56,259 bases of DNA from Candidatus Omnitrophota bacterium (GCA_041650295.1 JBAZLM010000007.1:1-56259), one strand, 5' to 3'. Shown: positions 18,435 through 28,075, numbered from the stretch's first letter. Made by a program: numbers and translations. Notes: generated by a model not told the origin, from the sequence alone.

Positions 18435-19712
18435 CTAAGTTTTCGGCTTAGACTTCTCAATCTCTTTGCCAAGTTCAATATCAATCAATTTCGATTTCTT
18501 AAACGCTAATATCTGCGAAGGGTATACGCTCCTATGGCCAGTCATAAGGAAGCTGATCACACACACTAAAGCCGCATAAGGCGCCACCTGAGGCCCAAAT
18601 AATTCAATGGCCATAATACTGGCGGCAATGGGCGTATTGGCCGCTCCCGCAAGAAGCCCGACAAAACCTAAAGCAGAAAAAAGTATAATATCAAGATGCA
18701 ACACTTGAGCAAATACATTTCCGGCGCTTGAGCCGACAAAGAAAATAGGCGTCACGATCCCGCCGCTACCGCCGAAATTCAGCGTCATACTGGTCGTAAA
18801 CGACTTAAGGATAAACGCATACCATGGTAAGGACTGCCCGTTTAAAGAAGATTCTATTGAATTAAGTCCGAGACCTAAATAATCCGTAGAAAATAACAAC
18901 GCAATCGCGATTAAAATTACCCCGCCTATTAAACCTTTTAATGGCTTCCAGATTTTAATTTTCTCCGAAACCTTCTTGCCGATATTTAACATTTCAATTA
19001 AAAAGAACGAACACAAACCAAAGAACACTCCGGCAAGAAGAATTTGATAGAAAAACACGGCTGAAAAATTAAGCGGCATCGTAAGCGCATGATGGAAATA
19101 TCGTATGCCCAGCGCCGATGAAACATTATAACTAATGATCCCGGCTATAAAAGACGGCAACATAACATCATAGAGAATGGTACCCACAAATAAAACCTCT
19201 ACTCCAAAAAGAGCCCCGGCAATAGGCGTCCCAAAAACAGAGGCAAAGCCTGCGCTGATACCGCAAATAACCAGTTTTTTGCGGTCGTGGATGTCAAAAC
19301 GAAAAAGTCTGGCGAATGTGGAAGCGATACCTGCGCCTATTTGAGCGCAAGGCCCCTCTTTACCAGCAGAACCGCCTAATGCGATTGTGATAATGGTCGA
19401 AACGAGCTTCACCGGCACAGTAGCGGCTTTAATAATTCCATTATCCTTGTGGATTGCTTCGATGACTTTTTCCGTGCCGTGGCCTTCGGCGTCAGGAGCG
19501 AGAAATTTAATAATCAGAGCGCTAAAAAATAAAGCAAGAGGCAAAAGAAGAAAGTAGTACTTATACAGGCTGGCCGTATTCGACGACCAGTTTAACGCCT
19601 TTAGAAATATAGCGGTAGATGTCCCCACCATGCAACCAACGATTACCGATAGAAATACCCATTTCGCCACACTGTAGAAAATAATACTTTGTTCTTTGAT
19701 CCGTCTTTTCAT
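18435..19712 (-). CDS. ClC-family voltage-gated chloride channel / H+-Cl- antiporter
   Basis: 425 aa, about 10 TM helices, GKEGP and GGIVTP selectivity-filter-type motifs. Confidence 0.9.
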   Translation of the reverse strand: MKRRIKEQSIIFYSVAKWVFLSVIVGCMVGTSTAIFLKALNWSSNTASLYKYYFLLLPLALFFSALIIKFLAPDAEGHGTEKVIEAIHKDNGIIKAATVPVKLVSTIITIALGGSAGKEGPCAQIGAGIASTFARLFRFDIHDRKKLVICGISAGFASVFGTPIAGALFGVEVLFVGTILYDVMLPSFIAGIISYNVSSALGIRYFHHALTMPLNFSAVFFYQILLAGVFFGLCSFFLIEMLNIGKKVSEKIKIWKPLKGLIGGVILIAIALLFSTDYLGLGLNSIESSLNGQSLPWYAFILKSFTTSMTLNFGGSGGIVTPIFFVGSSAGNVFAQVLHLDIILFSALGFVGLLAGAANTPIAASIMAIELFGPQVAPYAALVCVISFLMTGHRSVYPSQILAFKKSKLIDIELGKEIEKSKPKT

Positions 19713-20157
19713 TTATGAGACCCTGTCTTTTTGTTAACATCTTCGTTAAATCTTTAACCGTTGAATCCGCATGCTTTAATAAATTATTTCGCTCGTAAGT
19801 AATGAAATCTTGATGCGGAGAAATCCGATACGGCTTCGAGGCATTACTCTCTATAAGCTTTTGACATCTTTGCTAAGCCAGCTCCCCCTGAAGCGGCGAT
19901 CAAACTCGATCAAATATCTGATACTTCCCAGTATCCGCAACCTTGGTCAGCCACCTTTACCCTTTTTAAGCTCAACAACAAGTTCAATAAATAATTTGAA
20001 CGCATTGTCTGGCATTTTGATTGTGTGACCATTTATATCAAGGTTATTGCTCCAGCTAATTACCTTTGTGCCCAGGATATGAATTTTGTCATAACATTGA
20101 TACCCGGAATCCTTGTATTCCTTCACCTGCTTTCAGAATTCGCCTGAGCGCCAACAA

Positions 20158-20243
20158 TGGCGGAGAGGCAGGGATTCGAACCCTGGAACCTTTCGGTTAC
20201 ATGTTTTCCAAACATGCGCACTCGACCACTATGCGACCCCTCC
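20158..20243 (-). tRNA. tRNA-Ser (anticodon GGA), CCA encoded
   Basis: Hand-folded 86-nt type II tRNA. Acceptor GGAGGGG/CCTCTCC, loop TTGGAAA, long variable arm, GTTCGAATC T-loop, discriminator G plus CCA. Confidence 0.9.
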
Positions 20244-20275
20244 AAAACTAAATTATCAAAATTTAAATCAATTAC

Positions 20276-20361
20276 CGGAGGCGGGAGGATTCGAACCTCC
20301 GAGGGCTTGCGCCCAACCGGTTTTCGAGACCAGCGCAATAAACCAGCTATGCGACGCCTCC
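20276..20361 (-). tRNA. tRNA-Ser (anticodon CGA)
   Basis: Hand-folded 86-nt type II tRNA. Acceptor GGAGGCG/CGCCTCC, loop CTCGAAA, long variable arm. No encoded CCA. Confidence 0.9.
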
Positions 20362-20370
20362 AAAATCAAG

Positions 20371-20457
20371 CGGTGGGGCAGAGATTCGAACTCTGGGTGG
20401 ACTTACGCCCACAACGGTTTTCAAGACCGCCGCTATCGACCACTCAGCCACCCCACC
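20371..20457 (-). tRNA. tRNA-Ser (anticodon UGA)
   Basis: Hand-folded 87-nt type II tRNA. Acceptor GGTGGGG/CCCCACC, loop CTTGAAA, long variable arm. No encoded CCA. Starts 3 nt after the upstream stop codon. Confidence 0.9.
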
Positions 20458-20459
20458 AG

Positions 20460-21185
20460 TTATTTAAACAAAAATAACTGTTTAAACACCGCGTAAAAAA
20501 TATTCTTTGCAATATCAAAGGAGATGTTGCAGAAGTTAACGAATGAGAACTTAGAAAAGATCAGGCTAAAGCCAAAAGCCAATAACGCGACATTTAAAAT
20601 AAAAATAAAAGAAAATCCAAAAATATAATTTGCCTTTAAGAAATCCCCTTTCTTGGAGCGGATTGTTTTGGCGGCAAAGGTCAGGTGCAGGATCGTGCTA
20701 AAGCCGATCAAGAAAAGCGCGTATTCCAACAGCCAGTCGGATTTAATCCCGATAGATAATAATCCGTAAAGAATAAAAAATAAGATCGTATAGATCGGTA
20801 GCAGAAACGGCGCCACATTCACCAGCGGCTTGACAAAACTAAACATGATCTCTAAAAGTTTATGCCCCCGGTTATAGATCAACGCCGGCTCCCAGACAAA
20901 CAGATAGATCACTAGAAATACGACCATCCCATTCCAAAAAAGCTGCTGGGAGCTGCTTTCAATCTGCGCAAACTCACTTAAAAAAGAGACCGCCGAAGAA
21001 TATAGAAACGGCAGAATCGCAATCGCTAGCAATACTTTAATCACTCCGAAAAGTTTGCTGGATAACCCGGAGATTTTGCTGGAGAAATCCCCAGAAAGCC
21101 CTCCCCCTCCACCGCCTAAATCTTTAGGCGCTGCTTTTTCTTTGGATTTAACCGGCTTGTCTTCAGGAAATTCGTTTTTGGCCAT
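20460..21185 (-). CDS. Polytopic membrane protein of unknown function
   Basis: 241 aa. Charged N-terminus with a Gly run, then about 6 hydrophobic helices. Overlaps the serS 3' end by 23 nt. Confidence 0.7.
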   Translation of the reverse strand: MAKNEFPEDKPVKSKEKAAPKDLGGGGGGLSGDFSSKISGLSSKLFGVIKVLLAIAILPFLYSSAVSFLSEFAQIESSSQQLFWNGMVVFLVIYLFVWEPALIYNRGHKLLEIMFSFVKPLVNVAPFLLPIYTILFFILYGLLSIGIKSDWLLEYALFLIGFSTILHLTFAAKTIRSKKGDFLKANYIFGFSFIFILNVALLAFGFSLIFSKFSFVNFCNISFDIAKNIFYAVFKQLFLFK

Positions 21186-22431
21186 TTAAATATGGTTGCA
21201 GTACCTGAGGTATCAATACCGAACCATCCTCCTGTTGATAATTCTCTAATATCGCGATCACCGTGCGCGCTAAAGCCACTCCGGATCCGTTTAAAGTGTG
21301 CACAAAATCCACTTTTTTATCAGCTGCCCGACGGAATCTAATATTAGCCCGGCGCGCCTGAAAACTTTCAAAGTTGCTGCAGCTAGAAACCTCCAGCCAT
21401 TTATCCGCGCCTGAGGCATACGCCTCCAGATCATAACATTTGCTGGCCGAGAAACTTAAATCCTGCGTCGCCAACATCACCACCCGGTAAGGCAGCTCCA
21501 AAGCTTGCAAAACATCCTCGGCATTGGCCACCAATTTTTCCAGCTCCTCAAAAGATTGCTCCGGTTTGACAAATTTAACCATCTCAATCTTGTCAAATTC
21601 ATGCACGCGGTTTAGGCCTTTAGTATCTTTGCCGTAAGAGCCGGCTTCCCTTCTAAAACAAGCCGTGTAAGCTGTGTAATAAATCGGCAACTTTTCTTCA
21701 TCCAAAATCTCATCCCTAAAAATATTAGTCACCGGAACTTCGGCGGTAGGAATCAAATAAAGATCATCGTCTTTTAATTTATACATATCCTCTTCCATCT
21801 TCGGCAATTGCCCGGTGCCTTGCATCGAGGCCCGGTTGACCAGAAACGGAGGGAAAATTTCGGTGTAGCCGTGTTTGGCGGTATGCAGATCCAACATAAA
21901 ATTGATCAGTGCCCGCTCTAACTTTGCGCCCCAACCTTTAAAAAGGATAAAATTAGAACCGGTGATCTTGGTTGCCCGGTTAAAATCCACGATATCTAAA
22001 TTCTGGCAAAGCTCCAGGTGGGTCAACGGTTTAAAATTAAATTTTTTGGGCTGGCCCCAGCTGCGCACAACTTTATTTTGCGTAGGATCGCCGACCGGCA
22101 AAGAACTGTGAGCGACATTGGGAATATTCAACAAGAGCTGATTTAATTCTACTTCGATTTCCTTGATCTGGGCTTCCAGCTCGCCAATCCGCTTAGAGGT
22201 CTCTTTCATCGAGAGGATCTTGCTTTTGGCGTCTTTTTTCTCTTTAAGCAAAATGCCAATTTCGTCATTAGCTTTATTGCGCTTGGCGGCTAAATCTTCG
22301 TATTCGGATAAAGCCAGGCGGCGACGGTCATCGACCTTAATTACCTGCTCCAGATCGATCTTTAAAGCGCGATTCTTAATCGATTGTTTGACTAAATCAG
22401 TATTTTCTCTAATGAATTTTATATCGAGCAT
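21163..22431 (-). CDS. serS: Seryl-tRNA synthetase
   Basis: 422 aa. N-terminal coiled-coil arm and class II core motifs ([17 protein letters not shown]). TGA stop. Confidence 0.95.
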   Translation of the reverse strand: MLDIKFIRENTDLVKQSIKNRALKIDLEQVIKVDDRRRLALSEYEDLAAKRNKANDEIGILLKEKKDAKSKILSMKETSKRIGELEAQIKEIEVELNQLLLNIPNVAHSSLPVGDPTQNKVVRSWGQPKKFNFKPLTHLELCQNLDIVDFNRATKITGSNFILFKGWGAKLERALINFMLDLHTAKHGYTEIFPPFLVNRASMQGTGQLPKMEEDMYKLKDDDLYLIPTAEVPVTNIFRDEILDEEKLPIYYTAYTACFRREAGSYGKDTKGLNRVHEFDKIEMVKFVKPEQSFEELEKLVANAEDVLQALELPYRVVMLATQDLSFSASKCYDLEAYASGADKWLEVSSCSNFESFQARRANIRFRRAADKKVDFVHTLNGSGVALARTVIAILENYQQEDGSVLIPQVLQPYLNGQKRIS

Positions 22432-22463
22432 ATTTTCCTCTGATTATAAAAACTATTCCCTGT

Positions 22464-22492
22464 ATTATACCTTCAGATTTTGATTCTTTCAA
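22464..22492 (-). promoter_or_regulatory. sigma70-type promoter of serS
   Basis: -35 TTGAAA (22487-22492), 17-nt spacer, -10 TATAAT (22464-22469). Confidence 0.45.
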
Positions 22493-22532
22493 CAAGATAT
22501 CTTGGGTGGGGATCATCAGAAATGCGTAAAAA

Positions 22533-22605
22533 TGGGCCATGTTGGAGTCGAACCAACGACCTTGACATTAAGAGTGTCCTGCTCTACCAGCTGAGCTAAT
22601 GGCCC
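22533..22605 (-). tRNA. tRNA-Lys (anticodon CUU)
   Basis: Hand-folded 73-nt cloverleaf GGGCCAT...ATGGCCC-A with anticodon loop CTCTTAA. No encoded CCA. Confidence 0.9.
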
Positions 22606-22630
22606 GAAAATGGTTGTTAATGTAGTAAAG

Positions 22631-22659
22631 AGTATATCTTAGATAAAAAACGAAAGCAA
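22631..22659 (-). promoter_or_regulatory. sigma70-type promoter of tRNA-Lys
   Basis: -35 TTGCTT (22654-22659), 17-nt spacer, -10 TATACT (22631-22636), about 25 nt upstream of the tRNA 5' end. Confidence 0.4.
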
Positions 22660-22685
22660 GGGAATTGTTGGGGTTTCCCCGCTCG

Positions 22686-22703
22686 GTGTCCAGATAGTGT
22701 CCA
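22686..22703 (+). repeat. 7-4-7 direct repeat GTGTCCA-GATA-GTGTCCA (copy A)
   Basis: Read directly from the sequence. A near-identical copy lies at 28981-28998. Confidence 0.8.
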
Positions 22704-22734
22704 AATAAAAATAGCTGGACAATTAAGCCCAGCC
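22704..22734 (-). terminator. Rho-independent terminator after the lipoprotein cluster
   Basis: Minus-strand GGCTGGGC-TTAATT-GTCCAGCT hairpin followed by ATTTTTATTT. The sequence is homologous to the terminator at 28076-28109. Confidence 0.5.
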
Positions 22735-22830
22735 TTTTCTATCAAGATAAATAATGCTCATTGCCGCACCTAATTTTTAAAGAATGAGTGCCCCAATCAA
22801 TATAATATGAAAGAAAATTTTATCTTATCG

Positions 22831-23256
22831 TTATTTATCTTTAAACTTTATAGCTATTCCCAGAACATTCTTTTTATACATAGCCGTAGAGTTACCAAAA
22901 GTATTTGCATTAAAATTACCACCAGAGCTATTTCCACTATAAGAGCCAGTAGTATTTAAATTATGCATCGCACCTTGCAAAACAAGGTTAGTATTGACTA
23001 TTACTGCGTCGGCTCCCATTTTAGCGGCTTCTTCTTGAAAATGTTTCGTTATACTGTTCATGTTAGAAGCTGGAGCTGCTTGACACGTAAGTTCTGCTAT
23101 TTTTTCATAAGCCTGCGGAGGCTCTGAATTAAATATTTTTACCATAGAAGGATCAGTTGGAGGATAATTTATTGCATCATTATATTTTATTACTCCGAAA
23201 TTCGCACATCCTGCAATCCCTACTAAACATAATAAAAGAATTACGGCTCTATTCAT
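22831..23256 (-). CDS. Small lipoprotein, paralogue family (GADAVIV motif)
   Basis: Trimmed to ATG 23256 (GGAGGAGG RBS). Lipobox LVGIAGC. Shares the PTDP...GADAVIV...GIAIKF pattern with 28134-28472 and 28490-28843. Confidence 0.7.
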   Translation of the reverse strand: MNRAVILLLCLVGIAGCANFGVIKYNDAINYPPTDPSMVKIFNSEPPQAYEKIAELTCQAAPASNMNSITKHFQEEAAKMGADAVIVNTNLVLQGAMHNLNTTGSYSGNSSGGNFNANTFGNSTAMYKKNVLGIAIKFKDK

Positions 23257-23409
23257 TACCTCCTCCTTTCTATTCATATTAGATATAATTTGACATCTAT
23301 TCAGAACCAGATTCTTATGTCCTATCATTAAACCACAGAGCAATAGCCTGGAGGTAATTTGCTGGAGGATTATTTCTGACTTTTTCATCTTTAATTTACT
23401 AAGATTATC

Positions 23410-25140
23410 CTATGCCTTATTCTTAATTAAAGATTTTATTAAAATAAAAACTAGAATTACAAGAAGACTAAAGATTATAAGCTGGACTTTACCATTCGAG
23501 AATACTTTTACTAAATTATTGCCATTACTATTTTCTTGGATTTTTTCGACTTTTTGTCTATTTGATGAACTAAAATACCTTGGCTCATTCACTACCGAAG
23601 AAACTATACCATCTGTAAAATAGACACTACAAGAATAACCTAGTTTATCAGATTGATAAAACCAACCTTCCCTGCCGATAGAATCTCTACCTTTTTCATT
23701 GGGGGAGCCGAATAGCCGTTCAACATACTCAAAATTCTTACCATTATCAACAAAAGAACTTAACAATTCATAAGAAACTCCGGTATTTACTTCCGACTTA
23801 ACAATCTTCAATTTATTATCTACTTTAGCATCTTGTAGAACATAACCGGTTGAATTTTGAGTAATTTGATAATTTAATACACGTTTAAATATAATATTAT
23901 CTTTGTCTTTTTGGATATCAACATCAAACTCATAATTGGATTTTACGTCTGAACGTTCATAACGTCCATCATTAAATTCAAACGAAACTTTATGCTTACC
24001 TGGAGAAATAGCTAACGGGAATATAACAATATGTTCTGGTAACAAGGTCCAATGTCTTATATCCGCTTTCGGGTTGGTTATGCCACTCATTATTGCCGCT
24101 CCACCTGAAATTAAAGCAGAAATTCCGGCTGCTGCAGCTAAACCAGCCCGTGCATAAGGATCAGATACTTGATTAGCTTGATCCATAAGTTGAGCGGAAA
24201 TATTAATCGCTGCTTTTGCAGTATTAGCTGAATTATTTTTAAACACAGCTTTTCCTTTTAAAATCCCATCCATTTTCCGTCCGCCCCTAGTACAAGCTTG
24301 AAAATAAATATCAGTATTAGAATAAACCTGGTAATCCGAATTTACTTTGCCGTCTATTTTAAGACTTAAATCTCTAACTTCATATAAATCACCATTTATT
24401 ACAGCTAATTCCCCGTATTGACCTCTTCTTATTTTATACGGTCCTTCACCAAGCTCCATAACTAATAAAACATTATTCTTTAAATTAAGCATTTTCTCGA
24501 TAACTTTATCATCAAATCCTAAAATAGAATAATCAGAGTTGCTACGCAATCCTTCCACTACACTACAATAATCTTTACTTAGTGATACATCTCCTAGCTT
24601 TTTAGCAATGCGTGACTCAAGTAAAAAAAGTATGGCTATATCGCTCTTGTATGATTCGTCTTTTGAATCAGAATCCGCTAATATCCCCGTTTTAAAAGCA
24701 GCCATTGCATTCTCTAAGTCACCTTTATTATAAAGAAGTAATCCGACATATAGTGCGTTCATAGCTTTTTCATACGGATCACCCTTATAAGCTTTTGCGT
24801 CTTCAGAAGCAGTCAAGCCTACAGCTTTACGCTCTAGCGCCTTAAAAGCTGTAATATTATTCATTAAATAATGAGCATTTAAAAAAACATCTAACGCTTT
24901 ATCATAATCTCCTTGGGCCAAATATATCGAGCCTAATTGATTACACCACAAAGCATACTCTTTATTCTTTAAACTAGCAGCCTCTTCATATGTTTTTGTT
25001 ATATTAGTAAAATCACCTGATTGAAAAGAATACCTAGTATTGCCTATGCTCTCAAATGAATACTTATTTACACTAGCACAAGAAACTAATGACAAACTGA
25101 AACAAACTATTATAAAAAACTTAATTATTTTAATAGACAT
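23410..25140 (-). CDS. TPR-containing lipoprotein with C-terminal TM anchor (COG3014-like)
   Basis: Lipobox SLVSC. TPR-like repeats (LGSIYLAQGDYDKALDVF, LLLYNKGDLENAMAAF). Central Gly/Ala-rich segment, DIRHWTLLP motif, terminal hydrophobic helix. The start (ATG 25140 versus TTG 25164) is uncertain. Confidence 0.65.
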   Translation of the reverse strand: MSIKIIKFFIIVCFSLSLVSCASVNKYSFESIGNTRYSFQSGDFTNITKTYEEAASLKNKEYALWCNQLGSIYLAQGDYDKALDVFLNAHYLMNNITAFKALERKAVGLTASEDAKAYKGDPYEKAMNALYVGLLLYNKGDLENAMAAFKTGILADSDSKDESYKSDIAILFLLESRIAKKLGDVSLSKDYCSVVEGLRSNSDYSILGFDDKVIEKMLNLKNNVLLVMELGEGPYKIRRGQYGELAVINGDLYEVRDLSLKIDGKVNSDYQVYSNTDIYFQACTRGGRKMDGILKGKAVFKNNSANTAKAAINISAQLMDQANQVSDPYARAGLAAAAGISALISGGAAIMSGITNPKADIRHWTLLPEHIVIFPLAISPGKHKVSFEFNDGRYERSDVKSNYEFDVDIQKDKDNIIFKRVLNYQITQNSTGYVLQDAKVDNKLKIVKSEVNTGVSYELLSSFVDNGKNFEYVERLFGSPNEKGRDSIGREGWFYQSDKLGYSCSVYFTDGIVSSVVNEPRYFSSSNRQKVEKIQENSNGNNLVKVFSNGKVQLIIFSLLVILVFILIKSLIKNKA

Positions 25141-25200
25141 AATTTTTAATAGAAGATTTACCAAATATTGTATTACGAAGAGTTACCCATCCCAACCTAA

Positions 25201-26802
25201 TTAAAGCGATAAATCGCTCCTAGCATGATTAATCGCTACTGCAAAATTAAGGTTTTGACCTTCACCAAAACTAGCAGAGGTAATTCCTATAACCTCTCCA
25301 TTCATATTGAACAAAGCACCGCCACTGCTTCCAGAAGAAATAGGAGCACTAATCTGTATAAGTTTCGTTCCATTTACATCTCTTATAGCACTGATTAAAC
25401 CATCAGAAACGGTGTTTTCAAGACCTTCAGGATTACCAATTGCAACAACTCGCTCTCCAACAGCAACCTGATCTGAATCTCCCAAAACCACTGCCGTAAA
25501 ATTACCAATTTCATCAATCTTTAATAATGCTAAATCTCGAATTGTATCATTCTTAACAACCTTAACATTCGAATAAACACGATTATCAGCAATAAACTTT
25601 ACTGTTACTGTCTCGCTCGTGTTAATTACATGAGAATTTGTCAAAATTAACCCATCTGAACTAACAACAAATCCACTCCCCATGCTCGATTGCGTTTGGA
25701 TAAGAACAACTGACTTTCCATAAGCTTCAACAATGTTCTCGGCTGAAGATACGGTTAAACTTTTCTTAACAAGCTTACCTGAAGAGCCAAGCGCTGATAC
25801 TCCTTCTCGCTTTGAAACATTGCCACCAAAGATTTTATTCCAAAGGTTTATTTCATTATCTTTGTTAGCTTCAACACGCTTTGCTGAAATAATATCACCC
25901 TCTTTGATGGGAACTATCGGATCTAGAGATTTAGCTAAAGACAATTTATTCTCCAAAACATCTATAATTTTAATTTTATTAATTTCAGTTTGTTTATATC
26001 CGAGAATAGAACCCGAGGTTTTATCTTTAATTGGTTCATCTAGACGAATTACAGAAAAAACATCATTCTTTTCAATATTATCATCTAGACCCGCATTTAT
26101 ATACACACCCTTACTGTCTACTTGAACAACTCTACAGGTCCAGGCACCAACATTAATATCATTAGTTAAGATATTAACTGCTTCTGCTAACGCATCTTGC
26201 AAATTATTCTTCTGACCAGTCCCAGTCGCAATAATAGAGCCTGTATTAATATCTACTAAACGTAAAGCTGTTGTATATTGGCTTGCTCCAAATTTTTCTC
26301 CCTTCTTGTTAGGAAGAATATCACCAAGTAGAATATACTGCACCCCATAAATATTACCTAATTGATTAATCGAATCTTTTTTAACCCAATCTGATTTTTC
26401 AAACTGGATTTCACGAACTAGCTGATTTACTTCTTTTCTCTCAATAACATCAAATTTATTTGATTTTTTTAATAAATCCGATAACATTCCTGCTGCAAGA
26501 TTAACTTTCGATTCTTCTGGTTTTGGTAAATTTGGAGTCCCAATATTAAGATTGTATGTTTTCGATCCTTCTTCTACCTTCTTTTCAATTTTATTAAAAG
26601 AACTACCCGGGATATCAATTGTTTCACCGAAACTTCCAATAGCTACTCGATATTTTGCACTTTGCTCTTTAATTTGACTTAATTTTTTATGATAATATTC
26701 GAATTCTTTTTTTTCCCCCTCTGCAGCATTAGCAATATTCTGAAAAATAAATACCAATAGCAAAAAAGCAAAAAATGTAACAAAAATTAAGTTTTTTTTC
26801 AT
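25201..26802 (-). CDS. Secreted CsgG/FlgT-like domain + beta-domain + trypsin-like (S1C, HtrA-type, no PDZ) serine protease fusion
   Basis: 533 aa. Sec signal (NIANA-AEG). CsgG/LpoB-type motif LSDLLKKSNKFDVIERKEVNQLVREIQF. FlgT_C-like barrel (VYINAGLDDNIEKNDVF). Catalytic triad contexts TNSHV, DLALLKI, GSSGGAL. Confidence 0.8.
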   Translation of the reverse strand: MKKNLIFVTFFAFLLLVFIFQNIANAAEGEKKEFEYYHKKLSQIKEQSAKYRVAIGSFGETIDIPGSSFNKIEKKVEEGSKTYNLNIGTPNLPKPEESKVNLAAGMLSDLLKKSNKFDVIERKEVNQLVREIQFEKSDWVKKDSINQLGNIYGVQYILLGDILPNKKGEKFGASQYTTALRLVDINTGSIIATGTGQKNNLQDALAEAVNILTNDINVGAWTCRVVQVDSKGVYINAGLDDNIEKNDVFSVIRLDEPIKDKTSGSILGYKQTEINKIKIIDVLENKLSLAKSLDPIVPIKEGDIISAKRVEANKDNEINLWNKIFGGNVSKREGVSALGSSGKLVKKSLTVSSAENIVEAYGKSVVLIQTQSSMGSGFVVSSDGLILTNSHVINTSETVTVKFIADNRVYSNVKVVKNDTIRDLALLKIDEIGNFTAVVLGDSDQVAVGERVVAIGNPEGLENTVSDGLISAIRDVNGTKLIQISAPISSGSSGGALFNMNGEVIGITSASFGEGQNLNFAVAINHARSDLSL

Positions 26803-26821
26803 GCATAACTCCTTTTTCTAC

Positions 26822-27250
26822 TTATTGAGCATTACGAATACGAATTGTATAATCTTTAGCCTTAGTAGTAAAAGCTGTGGTTCGATACCCATATGTAGAA
26901 TATGAGGGAATCAAAATAAGTTCCCAATTCGTATCATCGCCAATCTGAAAACCTTTATCATCACGAAAAACAGTCTGAACCTGTAACCTTAAAAGTTCTT
27001 TCTTCATATTACGGATTTCACAATAAACCTTAAGACGATTGTCTTCAGTTACATCTGTTTTCTGAGTCAAAACAACAATACGTTTAGAAGCGAACTGATT
27101 ATCCAAATCCTTATCCATAACAACCACTTTCGATATTCTTTCTTTATCCTGATTAACACTATACGGAATAGAATTATACGGTCCTGCAGCACAACCACTC
27201 AAAAGAGAGATACCTACTACAAGAAATATAATAGAAAACAAATTTGACAT
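26822..27250 (-). CDS. YcfL-like (DUF1425) lipoprotein
   Basis: 142 aa. Lipobox LLSGC. Beta-sandwich pattern LKVYCEIRNMKKELLRLQVQTVFRDDKGF...YTIRIRN. Confidence 0.7.
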   Translation of the reverse strand: MSNLFSIIFLVVGISLLSGCAAGPYNSIPYSVNQDKERISKVVVMDKDLDNQFASKRIVVLTQKTDVTEDNRLKVYCEIRNMKKELLRLQVQTVFRDDKGFQIGDDTNWELILIPSYSTYGYRTTAFTTKAKDYTIRIRNAQ

Positions 27251-27273
27251 ATTTAGCTCCTTATCGTTTAATG

Positions 27274-27870
27274 TTATTGGTAGGCAACACCTGCTTCACC
27301 AACCCTTTTAATTTCATAAGAATCTTCCCAAACAATATCACTTGTTTCAGCATCAATTAACTGAAAAGACATCAAAATATAATCAGACCGATTATTACTT
27401 ACTGCTTTTGATAATCCAGTAAATTCCCCAGTTAAATAAAAATCAACACCATAAAGATCGCCCTCTTTGCTAGCAGTCACTAAGTTCTTCCTCTTAGCTT
27501 CACGTTCTTTTAATATATCATCCATGCGATCCCTAGCAAGAAAACGCACTTTCCCAGTAGCATTCTTATTCAATTCAATACGGATCTTTTGAGTAAAAAT
27601 ATCCTTATTAATTATAAATCTAGTATTATTTTTAATTGGTAGAAGAGCTACACGAGGAGTTCCTTTGGCATTCATAATTTCTGGTACCTCCAAAATGGAG
27701 ATAGCCATTTTTCTTGCAGCTGTGAGAACATCAGTAGATTCAATTCCTGTTCCACCTAAAGCATCATCATTATCGGGTAGAATTACATTCGAATGTGAAA
27801 CTGGGACGCTAGCACATGAAGACAAGGTTACTGTAAATAAAACTAACAACAATAGTTTAAAATACTTCAT
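27274..27870 (-). CDS. LpoB-like (COG3417) lipoprotein
   Basis: 198 aa. Lipobox TLSSC. Pattern PRVALLPIKNNT...GKVRFLARDRMD...DFYLTGEF...FQLIDAETSDIVWE resembles the PBP-activator LpoB C-domain. Confidence 0.75.
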   Translation of the reverse strand: MKYFKLLLLVLFTVTLSSCASVPVSHSNVILPDNDDALGGTGIESTDVLTAARKMAISILEVPEIMNAKGTPRVALLPIKNNTRFIINKDIFTQKIRIELNKNATGKVRFLARDRMDDILKEREAKRKNLVTASKEGDLYGVDFYLTGEFTGLSKAVSNNRSDYILMSFQLIDAETSDIVWEDSYEIKRVGEAGVAYQ

Positions 27871-28004
27871 TTCTTTCCCCTTTCATAATATTATAACTTT
27901 AATAAAAATTTAACTACTAAAACAAAAAAACAACTCCTCTTGAAAGTTGTTTATAATTATCCGATTAAATATGACGTCACTACGTCTCCTTTATATATTG
28001 TATA

Positions 28005-28033
28005 ATTATCTCTCCAAAAGACTATAATTGCAA
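28005..28033 (-). promoter_or_regulatory. Putative sigma70-type promoter of the LpoB-like operon
   Basis: -35 TTGCAA (28028-28033), 17-nt spacer, -10 GATAAT (28005-28010). Leaves a leader of about 127 nt. Confidence 0.35.
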
Positions 28034-28075
28034 GCATTTTAACTAATAATGGCCATGCCATCTTACTCTTAATTA

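Noticed and set aside
19713-20157. The 445-bp gap between the ClC gene and tRNA-Ser(GGA). It holds a 59-codon minus-strand ORF (VKEYKDSGYQCYDKIHILGTKVISWSNNLDINGHTIKMPDNAFKLFIELVVELKKGKGG, then TGA) and further short open frames in shifted phases.
   Set aside because: It looks like a decayed gene remnant, but I cannot assign a family, there is no RBS, and the frames are broken several times. Not reportable as a gene.
20066-20496. ORFs 20066-20251, 20113-20496 and 20157-20477 (+), and 20123-20338 (-).
   Set aside because: They overlap the three tRNA-Ser genes and simply translate tRNA sequence.
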